Positions 34,811 to 47,428 of a stretch of DNA of 64,000 nucleotides are shown here, piece after piece (positions within the stretch are counted from its first letter, which is position 1; each line of letters opens with the position of its first letter). The notes under the pieces were generated by a model, which was not told the origin of the DNA, searched no databases, and saw only the letters and a list, made by a program, of their open reading frames with translations. Both the position numbers and the translations under genes were made by a program. Origin of the DNA: Vicugna vicugna (Eukaryota); assembly GCA_013265495.1 (NCBI GenBank), contig MU057930.1, positions 1,566,057 to 1,630,056 of the forward strand. The letters are read 5' to 3'.

Positions 34811-36983
34811 AGCAAGAAGAAAATACATGTCCACACAGGTCAGGGTAAATCTAGGATGGACGAGTTAGGAACAAGGGTCACGTGTGCGTGACAGCATCCC
34901 TTCAAACCAGCACAAACCACGAACGCATTTCACGGCCAACTCACTTAGCTGAATGCTTCTTACGTAACCAGGTCTACCGAAGTTTGATAATTCTGCCAGT
35001 TGACACAGATCACTGAAGGAGGATTGAAGAATAGAGCTACATATTCCTGCTTATTGCTTAGTTTCCCTTTGCAAAGCTTTGGAACCTTCCACCTAAATAG
35101 ATTCGGTGCAATTTGTTTTAGTACGGTATCTAGATGCACACTGCCCCAGCTGTCCACCTCACAAACGGACTCTCTTAAGTGTGAAATGAAAACGTTATGT
35201 GAACATCAACCATTGTTCAGGCTCACAACTCCTTGTGATGGATGCGACCCTCCCACCGCGAAGCCCGGATTCCTCCCTCATACTGACAATAAAAGCATTA
35301 ATGATTCGCTTCTAAGGATGGCTGATAACATCGCTCCCAGCTTTCTAGGAGAAAACGAATTCGACCTAAAGTTAAGTCTATCTGTCATGTGTGACAGTGC
35401 TATTTCATTTTGAACCAGGATATTGTGCACAAATGTAGTCCTCTGGGATCATGTATTTCCCCCTGATGGGAGCAGGGGACCACTGTACGTGTTGATGGGA
35501 GACCTGCAAGTCCATGAAAAAGTGACCAGGAGAGTGGTCTGTAACACTGGACACCCCACATTTCTGTCTCGCCCCATATGCGCATCTCTGAGCTGAACTC
35601 CGCAGGGATGAGCAGCTTGCAGAGGAGATTAGGATCAAAAAATATCTCCAACTGCAGGTCTGTGAATATTACATGTGCTCCAGAGGCTTCATCCTGGTCA
35701 GCTGTTTCAGCAAAGAATGCTTTTGCTCCTAGAGAGGACTGGGCAGATGACTCAATGCCTGAAAGTCGACTGGGAGCCGCTGGGAGATGTTCCGTGTCGA
35801 CACTGGCAGAGACTTGGTAAGGACTCCGTGTGCAGTACACATGCCCACTTCTACAGAAAGAAGGCAGCATCGTGGGGAGAGACCACAGGCTTCTTAAGGC
35901 TCATGACCCCGAGGGCAGCCAGTTTCTTAAAAAGAAGTTATAGAATAATTTAGACTCTCTGCATTAATCTTACATAGTCATGTCTACATTGGCAATGATG
36001 CATGCCTATCAAATGCACCGACCAATGTTGTGAAATAACTTTGTGCTGATTTAAGAGCAAAGGAGATGGCACGTCACCCACTAGGTTTTCCGTCTGCACC
36101 CTTCTGCTGACCTCCCTTGTGACTTCAGACAATTTAATTTTTCTGTGCCTCAATCTCCTCGCATATGAAAGGGGGAAGGATGGTTGAAATTTTCTTAGGA
36201 GGGCAAATAAATGGCGTCATATATTCTGAATGCTTCAAATCATACCTGCCGTATTTTCAAACGCGTGCACATTCTTGCTTATTATTTTTTTAAAGAAGAA
36301 ACCGTCCTGGTGGTAGGTTCCATCATTGGTCAGTTTTTCTCAGGGACGAAAGAAAGTTTGCGTGCAACGGGTAAGTTTCTCCAGTGGAGTCTCAGAGAAC
36401 AGCTTTGAGATGTTGAAACGCAGATAAAAGAGACGCCATTGAAGCCAACTGAATGACACCCGTTAGCAATGACTGTTCTTGGATGACACACTTGGAGTCC
36501 CTGCTATGATCGAGCAATGGAAACACTTTTCATCATTAAATTTTCATCATGGATCTAGTTCTCCCAAAGGGGGAAAAATACCATTACAGAAGAAGAATGC
36601 ATTATCATTTAGTTATAAAATAAACATCTAAAGACATGATTTGGCGATAAGCTTACAGCAGTTATTAAACATTAAAGCTGAAATTAAACAATCAGTTTCT
36701 AAATAATGACTATTTCCAAAGAATAGTTTTTTGGTTTGGTTTTTCTCTTTATAATTGTTCTTTGAGAGAATGATTCAATGGACTCATATTCAATACTTTG
36801 TAATGTTTCACTAAGCAAAACAGAATTTCCCCAACGGGTACTTCTGGGACTAAGTTGTTTTGTTTGTCCTCAACATGTTTCTACGAAGGAAAGATATGTC
36901 CCACTTAACTTCCTATTTCAGTAATCCTTGAATTTCTATTGCAAATCACATTATACTGAATTTATTCTGGAATTCAGATTTTT

Positions 36984-37006
36984 ACACACACACACACACA
37001 CACACA
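36984..37006. repeat. (CA)n microsatellite
   Basis: Pure AC run. Confidence 0.9.
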
Positions 37007-37689
37007 GGTAGTACCTGCAAACAAACACGGGCCGTTAAGTTAATTTTTAAACTATATTTGACTTTTACTTTAAATATGCTTTCACTGTTGGCTTTGAAGC
37101 CTCGATCTTCAATGCCCCCTTTCTGTTATCCCCAAAGGGAGCAATCACGCCACTGAAAACATTAATCATTTAGCAAAAGGGGAAAGAGACAAGGTACCAA
37201 AATGTAAACTATACAGTTACATAGTTACTTCTGTGGTCTAGGATAAAGCAGATTTTTTATTTCCCTTTGTACATTTCCTGCATTTTAAAAGTATTTCCCC
37301 TTTAACTTAATTTATAAAATTAAAGATACGTTTTTTTTCTCCTACAAGCTCTTTGTCCTCATCTGGTAGATACAAGATTTTCGCCCTGTGATGATCGTTA
37401 GACATTGATTATTTTTCCCCCCCTGAATACTTTACAATATCAACTCATACTTCCACAAACAATTGAGAGTGGGTTTTGAGTTAATGATAAGATATCCTGT
37501 ATCAATTAAAACACTTTTATTTTAGGGGGATCCCAACAACCTGCATTTTTTTTTTTACCTAAACTCTTCTTTGTCACTAGTTCCACAGCATTTTGCAAAA
37601 CGTTCTCTCTCTTGTTTTTTCTAGCATGTACCCAGGAATGCCTAACGTGGATACAAGCCATCGTACCAGGAAATGACAAGTCTTAATTA

Positions 37690-37724
37690 AGAGAAAAATG
37701 TCGGTAACACATATAGCCTTTATT
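37690..37724 (-). terminator. Candidate cleavage/polyadenylation site
   Basis: Minus strand AATAAA, a CA about 19 nt downstream (37699-37700) followed by a T-rich element; upstream TGTA motifs at 37834-37845. Confidence 0.5.
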
Positions 37725-39855
37725 CAGGATATAGCTCCCCAACAGACATTGCAAAGACTGTCTCTTGCAGGTTTATACCGTGATGTTTCGAGAGAGAGGG
37801 AGAGAGAGGGGAGGCGGGGAGGCGTCAGTCACAGTTACAAATACACAGTATCTGGTGCTGACATATTTCGGAAGAATTCAGAATATACGGCAAAACAAAT
37901 TCTTTTGTGAGAAGAAAACCAAACCAAACCAAACCTGAGAAAATCAACACAAGTTTTTGCTCATCACAAACCCCAGCTTCATTTCGTGATGTAGGAACAG
38001 GATGACCCCCTATTTCTGCCTGGGGACAGAGAGCGTTTTGGGTTCTGGGGGGCCCCGGGAATCAGCTCTGATTGGAGAGGAGAGAATCAGACACTGGCCT
38101 CATGCAAACCCTTGGGTGTACCGGGGTTCCAGCAAAGCTCTACAGAAACAGGTCTCGGGGCCACGTGTGGAGTTTCTCAAACCCTGCCCTTGACTCCACC
38201 TAAAGAGTGCAAATGTGCTTCTCAGCATTTACGGGACACCAAGGCTTAAATTTAAAACAAAAAAAGACAAAGAGCCAAAGACGAAATGTGCAACATTTCT
38301 CCAGCCCTCCAGGCAGACCCAGACTACCCCGCACTCATTTGTGCTTCTCCTGCCTGACGTCCGGGGAGAGGATGCGGGTTCCAGGAGGCTCTGTGCACGA
38401 GGGTGCGGAAAGCTATCGCGGCACAGTGGGTCCCGACAGAGAGAACTGGACTCCAAAAAGGAGGCTGTAAGTGCAGGCACAGAAAGAGAAGCCTGGTAGT
38501 CATGCCTGCTCTGAATCTGGGAGCAGCTTTTAAAAAAAATAAAGTATTAAGTTCAGCTCAGAAACGCAGGGAGACTGATCAAGGGAGTTCAAGGATGATG
38601 CACCAGCCCAAGAAAAGCAGCCCAAGGACTGAGACTGTCCATGCTGGCTGCCCCCTGTGGAGCCGCTGTGAAGCCCTGAGGCTCAGGCACCCCCCTTCCT
38701 GCAGCCGGTTGACAGGTATCAGCTGATCCAAGGTGAGTGAGGTAAAAGCACAAACATGCAATTATGGAACAGACGAATGACGACCACCCCCAGGGCGTGC
38801 CGTCCAGGAATGTACGTCTGAAGCAGCCCACCCCATCAGAAATCGCCAATAAATAAATAAGGAAATGAAAGGAACACCCACAAAAGCTGCATTACAATCG
38901 GGACTTCGTACACTGAAATCTGCAATATGGACGATAACACTGCACACTTCGTTACTTTATGCAATGTCCCGTGGGCAACGTCCACTTGGTGCTGCTTTAC
39001 GACCGGCTGTTCCCCGGGCTCAGGGAAGGCACTGCTGCCGAGGAGGTACCCCCAACACTGCAGCGGGGTGGGGGGCGTCCCGTCTAGCAAGGGAAGCAAG
39101 GACAGAAGGACGTGGGTGCGGTCCAGGGTTCTAAGGGAGCGGCCAGATGGGGGAGATGAAGGGAGATTTCGCCGGGGGGATAAAGAGCCTTTGCTGAGAC
39201 TTGCTGGCTAACGTCAGAGGAAGGACAGGGGCAACCAGAGGGTTTCTCAGTGCGAGGGCTCCAATCACGGGGAATGCGACATGAACCCAGCGACTGGCCT
39301 TGCTTGGCCAAATGGAGATGATGATGAAGAAATGAAGAATGAGCCATGCCATCAGATTTTGGAGGTCCATCAAAGGTGCTGAAAGCCAGGGTTAAGGTAC
39401 AGCATACTGAGCATCAGCGTTCGCCCCTAGATAAGAGTCCATGACCTTCTGGGGTGTGGTCCATGAGCACCAGAAGTACTAAGTGGTAAAGACCAAAATC
39501 CGTGTACAGTCTCATAATTAAATTCCTCGATATGCACTGGCAAATGTCTGTGGGACACACCTTACAAACTTTTTTTTTTTAACTGTGTCCTGCAACTGTG
39601 TAAGTTGCAATGCCTGGCCTGGATAAGTAGCATGTTTTCAATATTGTGATGCAGTAGAAATGAGTCTACTTCTTAATTACCCAGACAGCAGCTCCCTCCC
39701 CGTGGGACCCAGCCCCAAGGTGTGTTAGTGCTAAGAGAGCCTGTGTTGAAGCAAGTGGGAGGAAAGAAATCCCCTAGAAATAGGTCAGGTTTTAAAAATT
39801 AAATTTTATCCTGTGGTTTAAGGGAAGCTAAACTAGCAGAAAATGAGATCCTAGC

Positions 39856-39901
<46 letters not shown>

Positions 39902-40672
39902 AAAAGAATTGGAAAATGAAGTTTTAGCCTCAGGGGAAATATCACAAAATGACTAATGTAATGGGGGCAAAAAAACCACACAGAGCTCAGATTGAGAGTG
40001 TGAAAAAAGAAGACAAGGAATGGAAATCACGAATCAAAAATGCATGGTGTAGTCTTCAATCATGAATGATCTATAAACACGAAATATGTGAACTGTGTAC
40101 ACAGTTCTTGGAAGAAAAAAAAAAGAAAGGAAGAAAGAAAAGTCAGGAAGGGGAGGAGGAAACAGGGTGTGCAGAAGAGGCAACTGCATTTGTCAAGACG
40201 ATTGACAATGGTGGGACCACCATGGATGGTATTTGATATTTTGGTGGGTCAAGGGAAGGTTTCTTTGATCATCGATGGAAAAGGGCAGGTGGCCCCATGG
40301 GGCTTCTGTCAGATGGTTCTGTTAATTGTGATTAAAGACGGTCTTTCCCTTAAGAGCACTGGTCTTAACAAGGAACACATACATCGCCTTCCCTTTAGAA
40401 CTGCCCCGTTGTCCCCGCTGAAAACAGTCCAGGTGTATCTGGGAAACGGGATCTTTGGAAGACAGTGTTGCTAAGACAGCATAAACCCAGGCAGAGTGTG
40501 GGCGGGTTTGGTCAAGGACAGCCAGAATCTCCTTTGTCTTGGCCGTGCTCCTGGTGGATGCGTGGGATGTTGTGCATTCTTCAGATAACCAGGTGGGAAA
40601 CATTTGGGAAAACTCATCCAGGGGTTAGGGCTAAGCCTTCCCACAGCCCGGGGGGGGGGTGGTTAGGAAGAC
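37699..40672 (-). other. Putative terminal exon / long 3' UTR of an unidentified minus-strand transcript
   Basis: About 3 kb with no recognisable interspersed repeat, many U tracts on the minus strand, AATAAA at 37719-37724, and a possible (weak) acceptor TTTACAG|G at 40673-40674. No product recognised. Confidence 0.45.
39857..39899 (+). repeat. A43 homopolymer
   Basis: Uninterrupted A run. Confidence 0.95.
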
Positions 40673-41552
40673 CTGTAAATGATTAATTCCGATGATCAAG
40701 TTTTGTGTTTTAAAAATAAGATCTACAGTTTTTCCTTCCAAGAGATCGGTATGGCTTACTTTCAGATTCATCATCTCTGTTTAATTCTGCCTTCTTTTTA
40801 ATCTTTTTTTTTTTCAGATGAGCCTAAAATATTTTTAGCAATTAATCATCATAATTATAGTAGTGATTATTACCCGGTGTTACAGAATAAGGGTACCTGA
40901 TTACACCAATAAGGATCTTGTACAAATTTCACTTTGCTCTGATTCTGCACCCCAGGCATAAACTATGATTGCAAGTCGTGTGTGTGCGATTTTTAATTTT
41001 AGTGTTTGATGCCTTGGGTTGATGCTTATCTTAGACTAGAATCTCTTTGCTCCATTTTCTATTGAAATCTTCATTCTACGTTTCCAATAAAATGCCCGCA
41101 TTCCTAAGAATCTACACTCGGATCCTTTTTTTTTCTTTTTGTGTATCTAGTGTAGAATGTCTATTTTTTATCACTGATTTTTTTTCAACACATCGTTTTG
41201 TATATGCCACCATTATTACACACCAACCCGTCTGGGGCAGGGACTATGCAGAGGCGTGCTCCACTTGCCTGATAACTCAGAACGTTTCACCCAGTAGTTG
41301 CTTTAACGTTAGATGTACTGAATGGTAACGAATGTAAATTCATCTTGAAAATGTTCACGCATAATCTTCATCTGAGACCATTTTAACATTTGGGGTCGGA
41401 ATAGGAAAGAAAACAAAAAGAACACTTTTTTTTTTAGAGAAATGTAAATATTTCCACATCTAAATGCATAAAACAAAGATTTAATTATACATTTTTGGAA
41501 ATACTCATGGGGCAGAGACAAAGCTAGAAGTTTCTCAAAAATCACAACAGGG

Positions 41553-41607
41553 TGGAAATGGACACAACACTGTAAAGTGACTGCAACTCAATAAAATAAA
41601 AATTAAA
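41553..41607 (+). mobile_element. Ultra-short young L1 3' end
   Basis: GGAAATGGACACAACACTGTAAAGTGACTGCAACTCAATAAAATAAAAA; flanks AAAAATCACAACAGG/AAAAATTACAAGAAGG resemble a diverged TSD. Confidence 0.75.
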
Positions 41608-41842
41608 AAAAATTACAAGAAGGAAAGGTGGTAAATCAAGCACATGAATAGAAAAATCATTAGTTCATGAAATGAATTCATTTCAAGAACCATCCCCCCC
41701 AAAAACCCACCTATATCAGACTTTTTAACACTTTACTCCCTCCTCACTTTGTCCGACAGGATTGCCAGCAATGTGGGTTTTCAACAATGGCAGTTTTATT
41801 TAGAAATAAATATCACCTTGTGCCAAAAGACAAAATGCACAC

Positions 41843-42978
41843 GCTAGAAATAAAAGCAAAAATTAACAAATGGGACCTAATCAAACTCATAAGCTTTTGC
41901 ACAGCAACAGAAACTATAAGCAAAACAAAGAGACAACCTACGGATTGGGAGAAAGTATTTGCAAACGGTGCAACCGACAAGGAGTTAATTTCCAGAATAT
42001 ACCAGCAGCTCATACAACTCAATATCAAAACAACAAATAATCCAATCAAAAAATGAGCAGAAGACCTAAACAGACATTTCTCCAAAGAAGACATACAGAT
42101 GGCCAACAGGCACATGAAAAGATGCTCAATATCGCTAATTATCAGACAAATGAAAATCAAAACTACAATGAGGTACAACCTCACACCAGTCAGAATGGCC
42201 ATCATTCAAAAGTCCACAAATGACAAATGCTGGAGAGGCTGTGGAGAAAAGGGAACCCTCCTGCACTGCTGGTGGGAATGCAGTTTGGTGCAGCCATTGT
42301 GGAAAACAGTCTGGACATTCCTCAAAAAGCTAAAAATAGACTTACCCTATGATCCAGCAATCCCACTCCTGGGTATATATTCAGAAAAGATGAAAACTGT
42401 TCTTTGAGAAGATACACATACCCCAATGTTCATAGCAGCACTATTTACAACAGCCAAGACATGGGAGCAACCTAAGTGTCCACTAGCAGATGACTGGATA
42501 AAGATGTGGTGTATTTATACAATGGAATACTACTCAGCCATAAAAAAGAATGAAATAATGCCATTTTCAGCAACATGGATGGACCTAGAGGGGGTATTAT
42601 GCTAAGTGAAATCAATCAGACAGAGAAAGACAAATACTGTATGATATCATTTATATGTGGAATCCCCCAAAAACAAAATGAACTTATTTACAAAACAGAA
42701 ACAGACTCACAGACATAGAAAACAAACTTATGGTTACCAAAGGGGAAAGTGGAAGGGGAAGGATAAATTAGGAGCTTGGGATCTGCAGATGCGAACTACT
42801 GTATATAAAACAGATAAACAACAAGGTCCTAATGTACAGCACAGGGAACTATATTCAATATCCTAGTAATAACCCTTAGTGGAAAAGAATTCTATGTACA
42901 TATACATATATACATATCAGTTTGCTGTATGCCTGAAAGTACCACAATATTGTATATCAACCAAACTTCAATTTAAAA
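41843..42978 (+). mobile_element. 5'-truncated L1: ORF2p C-terminus (with stops) and 3' UTR
   Basis: Translates [20 protein letters not shown]...[30 protein letters not shown]...[27 protein letters not shown]...[12 protein letters not shown], the L1 ORF2p C-terminal/CCHC region. Confidence 0.97.
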
Positions 42979-45934
42979 CCAGGACGGCAAGAAGGGTGCA
43001 GGGGGTGGATGTTTTTCAAGCCCAATCAAATTTAGTTTCCAAAACAAAAGGGGAGTATCGTAAAGGACTAGAACTTAGTTGGCAATCCTTGAAAGGCACA
43101 TACTCTTCTAGACGCCCTGAAGACACCCCCTTGAATCTACACATGAAATTTGAGAGAGAAGGATCATTTTCTTCTACTGACTGTCGAATCACTGGGAGAA
43201 AAAGACACCCAGCCATTGCCCCAATCCCCCGATCACACAACTAGTAAAGGACTGAGCTTCTGTAAAAAATCCAAGTCTTCTCCCACAGACTCCACTCCCC
43301 CGGTCATGCCGAGGTCTAACAAAAGACCTGCCTCAGGCATTGCACTGCTCCGGAGTGATGACGCACAGCGTTGTAATCATGAGACGTAAAACACTTGGTT
43401 TCTGTTCATCCCCTCTCCGTGATTTCTCCCTTCTGTCCTTTCAGCTTCCCTACTCATGGCTGAGTCACACGTCCCAGTTCCCGATTGCTAACAGGATTCA
43501 TGCCTCAAGTATCTTCACTATGATCCATTTTTTTTAAAAAACAGCAGAAAATATTTTCTCTCAAGACACACAAATATTATGTAAGCTGTGTCTTCAAGAA
43601 ATAGCAGGGTTTGGTTTTTTTTTCAGGAATGACACAAAATCTTTTTTTTTTTTCTGGAAAGACACAATTAGATTGAAATCTCCCAGTATGAATTTCTTAT
43701 CATGGTTCATTCTGAATAAATAAATAGATATGTGTGTGTGTCCTTTTATAGAGAAATATGCTTTTACAAAGATAGATATGACAGATAAAATGTGCTTAAG
43801 TTCTAGAATACTGGGATGGTTCACACACAGACACACGGCACATATAAATTCTTCTTGTGGGTGAAATGAACTGAAAAATAAAGATGTAAGAATATGCAGA
43901 CATATGGGCTGCTTTTCTCAGGCAGATGCAGCAGATTTTCCCTGAACTCCATCAAACTCATCGCCGTAGGGGGCAGAGTGGCTGCGGGACGCTCTGTGAC
44001 TCACTCAGGATGCTCTGTTACCCCTGTGTCTCCCTAATTTCATATCCCACGTCATCACTTACTTACATACGAAGTGTCTAATTGTCACGAGACGGTCTTC
44101 ATGCGTCAGTGTGTAAATATTGATGACAGAGTTCAAAGCAGGCTTTTCTTGTACAGAACTGAGCTTTAGAGATACTTGTTCCCCTCCCTCCAATCTTAAA
44201 TATACGTTCCTTTCGTTCATTATAACAGGTCCTTGCATTTCAAGGGCAGAAGATGGCATCTGAACACATCAGGCAGGACAAAAAGCGGTGTCTGGCTTGA
44301 TTCCTGTGCTTTTTGTCTTCCTTTATGATGTTTTAGGACAAAGACCACCTAAACATGTGTTGGTGGAATTCTAAGGTCTTCCTGCGTGCACAGCCGGGGG
44401 ATGAATGGAAAAATGGGCTCAAGAGACAGACGGTGTTATCTGCCTCCTCTAAACATCGATCCAAGACGATCGTTTAAAAAAATAATCGGAAACTGATAAA
44501 TAGCGCGCAGCTAAAGGAGATTTATAATGCTGCACACACTTCATCTTTAAGCCTCCGTCTGAGGGTCCAGGGAGAATCAGGTAACGTTCGCATCCTTCGA
44601 GGAATATAAATCGTTTCATGGTTGGCCGTTCCCCGGGAATTTCTTAGTCACTGTCAGGGCTCCGCGGTAAGGCCCGGGGTCCGCAGCTAAACATGAGGGA
44701 AAGGTGCCCTGCGGGTGACAGCCAGAGTGCCCTTCCGATACTAATGACCCCATCCAACAGCGGGTGGATACACATAGCTTCGCCGGCTCTTTGGAATCAA
44801 ACAATTTCACTTTGGTCAGAGGGAAGTGATTATCCTGTCTGACCTTCCTTCCAAGATGCGGCCAGGCTTCCGGATATTATGCGGCAAGCTTTTCCTCGGG
44901 GCCCTTGGGAGCTGCCCTTCAGTACATCTCCTGGAAACAGCAACGATTTTTAAAAAAAAAAGTTTTTTTAGGGTTCCACTTTGGAAGCCTGACATCGTGG
45001 GCCACTCAGACCAGGGCAAAGGAAAGGAAACTCCCCATCTTTCTCATGCGTCTTCCGTTTCTAGGATTTGTAATAGGCCTGGCTTTCAGGAGAAAATTTG
45101 ATTAATCATAAGAGAGCATTGGCTACCTGTGGCCCACCCTGGTTCAGTGTCCTTGCCTAACCAAGCCGGAGTATTTGGGAAGATGCTGGCACGTCCCTCC
45201 TAAGGAGTTACTCACCAAGCTTCCTTAGGATTTGCCCTCGTTCCCCTGAGTCCTACGGAAATATTTGCTCTTGTTCCATTTTTATGTTTTCTGACCCAGC
45301 CAATGTTAGCATTCCTTAACATGGATGATGGTGTTCTTTGGAGAATTCTGCAACCGCTTGAGAACAGATACAGATTTATATGCACAGATACAAATATTAA
45401 GCAACGCACACAAAATCTGGGGTTAACCACCCACGTCCATTGCAAACACTGACTGCCTTGTCTCCATCCGTGGTCTCAACTCCCGTGCCCCCCAGCCATC
45501 CCCGTGGATAGAAACATGCCCACATCACTTGCCTGAGGCAGAATCACCTCCTCTTCGCATTGCTTCACTAAAGCAGGTGTCCTTTCTCAGCCTCAAGAAC
45601 ACACGTTCCGCGTGGAGCCAGGGTGATGGGTACGGGGCACAGGGGGTTGCAGAGAGCAATAGAGCTGGATTCTGTGAGCTCATATAATTAATCCTCACCC
45701 CTCAGAGGAGAGGGGAGGAAGTTACAGCCACGGAGGGTTCCCTAATTTTTCCAGAGTTGCAGGGTTCATGCCGCTCGTAAGAGGGCCAAATCGTGATGGA
45801 GGACACCTGCAATTAACATAAGGTAATGTGCCAATGATAGTGCAATCACACCAAAAAAAAAAAAAAACCAGGGCACCACAAAAAAAACAGGTCCTGAAAT
45901 CTCATTCCTAGCCTTCCACCTCTGTCTCCATTCA

Positions 45935-46110
45935 GAAAAAGCTTACTCAGCTTCTCACGTGTGCTAGGTCTTTAGCCGAGTGCCAGGGACGAAGAGATGA
46001 ATCAAACGGAAACTGTCCCTTTACTAAGAGCATCTGGGGAGACAGAAAGTAAGTGAGAAATGAAAATGCGGGTTAAGATCTATGGGAGTAGGGGAAACAC
46101 TGGTTTCAGA
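45935..46110. mobile_element. L2 3'-end-like fragment
   Basis: GTGTGCTAGG...GTGCCAGGGACGAAGAGATGAATCAAAC...GTCCCT...GGGGAGACAGA. Confidence 0.5.
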
Positions 46111-46179
46111 GAGGGTGCTCTACTCCTGTGCTGCCTTTGTGGACAGGAGGGGGAATTATAATTCATGCCAGCCTACATT

Positions 46180-46343
46180 TATTGTGATCAGGGCTGTAAT
46201 CTCATCATGAGGACCCCCCATCACACCCTCCTGACTGCACTTAAATCTAATCACCTTCCGATCTCCAGGTATCATCACATGGGGGGGCGGGTAGGGCCTC
46301 AACATATGAATTTGGGGGAGACAAAGACATGCAGTCCATACCA
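46180..46343 (-). mobile_element. MaLR LTR fragment (MST/MLT1A-like)
   Basis: TAATCTCATCATGAGGACCCC...CTAATCACCTTCC...CAACATATGAATTTGGGGGAGACAAAGACATGCAGTCCATACCA. Confidence 0.75.
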
Positions 46344-47011
46344 TGCATATAATGTAGGTCTAATACATTGAATGCATTGATATACAGAAATATAACTATT
46401 TTATTCATAGTATGTATTATATACTTAATAAAATAGAAAAAATCGGTATTTTATTTATGCACATTAAGTATGCATTTATATGCAACACCTATGGGTTTAC
46501 ATAGGCATACTCATTGTGTAAAACATGGCTTCGTACATTGTATAATGTCTATACTTGCATCTGTGCAACGATGAATCGCACTTCATGGTTGCATAACGCC
46601 CCCTGGAATGCAGCTTTCTGGATGAGACAATTCTGCCGTCCCCCTGTATGCTGACGGTTTCCATCCCGCCAAAAGCTGTCAGCCAGAAAGATAAAAAGAG
46701 TATTTTTTGCTGTGCCCTACTTGTTCACAGTCTACGGGGCAGAAAAGAGCCTTTTCTGCGTTCCCTGGTTAGGCACACGGGTGGACTTCTGGTAGGAAAG
46801 GGATGTATGAGGTTAGAGACTGGGACAGACCCGAAATGTGCACTTAAAATAAACCAAGGTTTATTTAGGAAGGGCCTGCTGGGTGCCAAGGGATTCCCGT
46901 GTTCCACCTTCTTCTATAGATTTTGTACTCTTGGAGATGTTAGTATCCTGGTTGCACGGGCAAGGGAACTGCAGCACAACAGAACTGACGTCAAGCTGGA
47001 ACTCAAGCATT

Positions 47012-47428
47012 GAAAAAAGAAAAATAAAAAGACACTAATGAACTTATTTACAAAACAGAAACAGAGTCACAGATATAGAAGACAAACTCAGGGTTACTGG
47101 GGAGGGGAAAGAGAGTGGGGAGGGGTAAATTGGGAGCTGGAGGTTTGCAAGTATTAACTATTATATATGAAATAGATACAAAAACAAATTTCTCCTGGAT
47201 AGCCCTTGGGAGTTGGAGATTCGTAAGTAGGAACTACCATATATAAAATAGATTAAAACGTTTCTTCTGTACAGCACAGGGAACCACATTCACTCTCTTG
47301 CAGTAACCCATAGCGAAAACATGAGAAGGAATATATGCATGTGTGTGCATGACTGAAACACAACGCGGTGCACCAGGAGCCGACACACTGTAGCTGACTA
47401 GACTTCAATTGAAAAAAACAAAAAAAGA
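47012..47428 (+). mobile_element. Camelid L1 3' UTR with an internal ~75-bp duplication
   Basis: AATGAACTTATTTACAAAACAGAAACAG...TTGGGAG(C/T)TGGAG segment present twice...GACTTCAATTGAAAAAA. Confidence 0.88.

Noticed and set aside
35400..35870. 156-aa minus-strand ORF with ATG start
   Set aside because: No recognisable family or convincing splice context; several overlapping ORFs of similar length suggest a merely stop-poor stretch.
37699..40672. Assigning a gene symbol to the putative 3' UTR
   Set aside because: No coding exon that I recognise lies in the window, so any name would be a guess without a homology search.
40785..40830. Strong plus-strand acceptor-like tract (T11-CAG)
   Set aside because: No convincing downstream donor, ORF or partner exon; left unresolved against the minus-strand exon model.
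41787..42407. ORFs with a cysteine/histidine motif
   Set aside because: L1 ORF2p C-terminus broken by stop codons and 5'-truncated; neither a host gene nor an active element.
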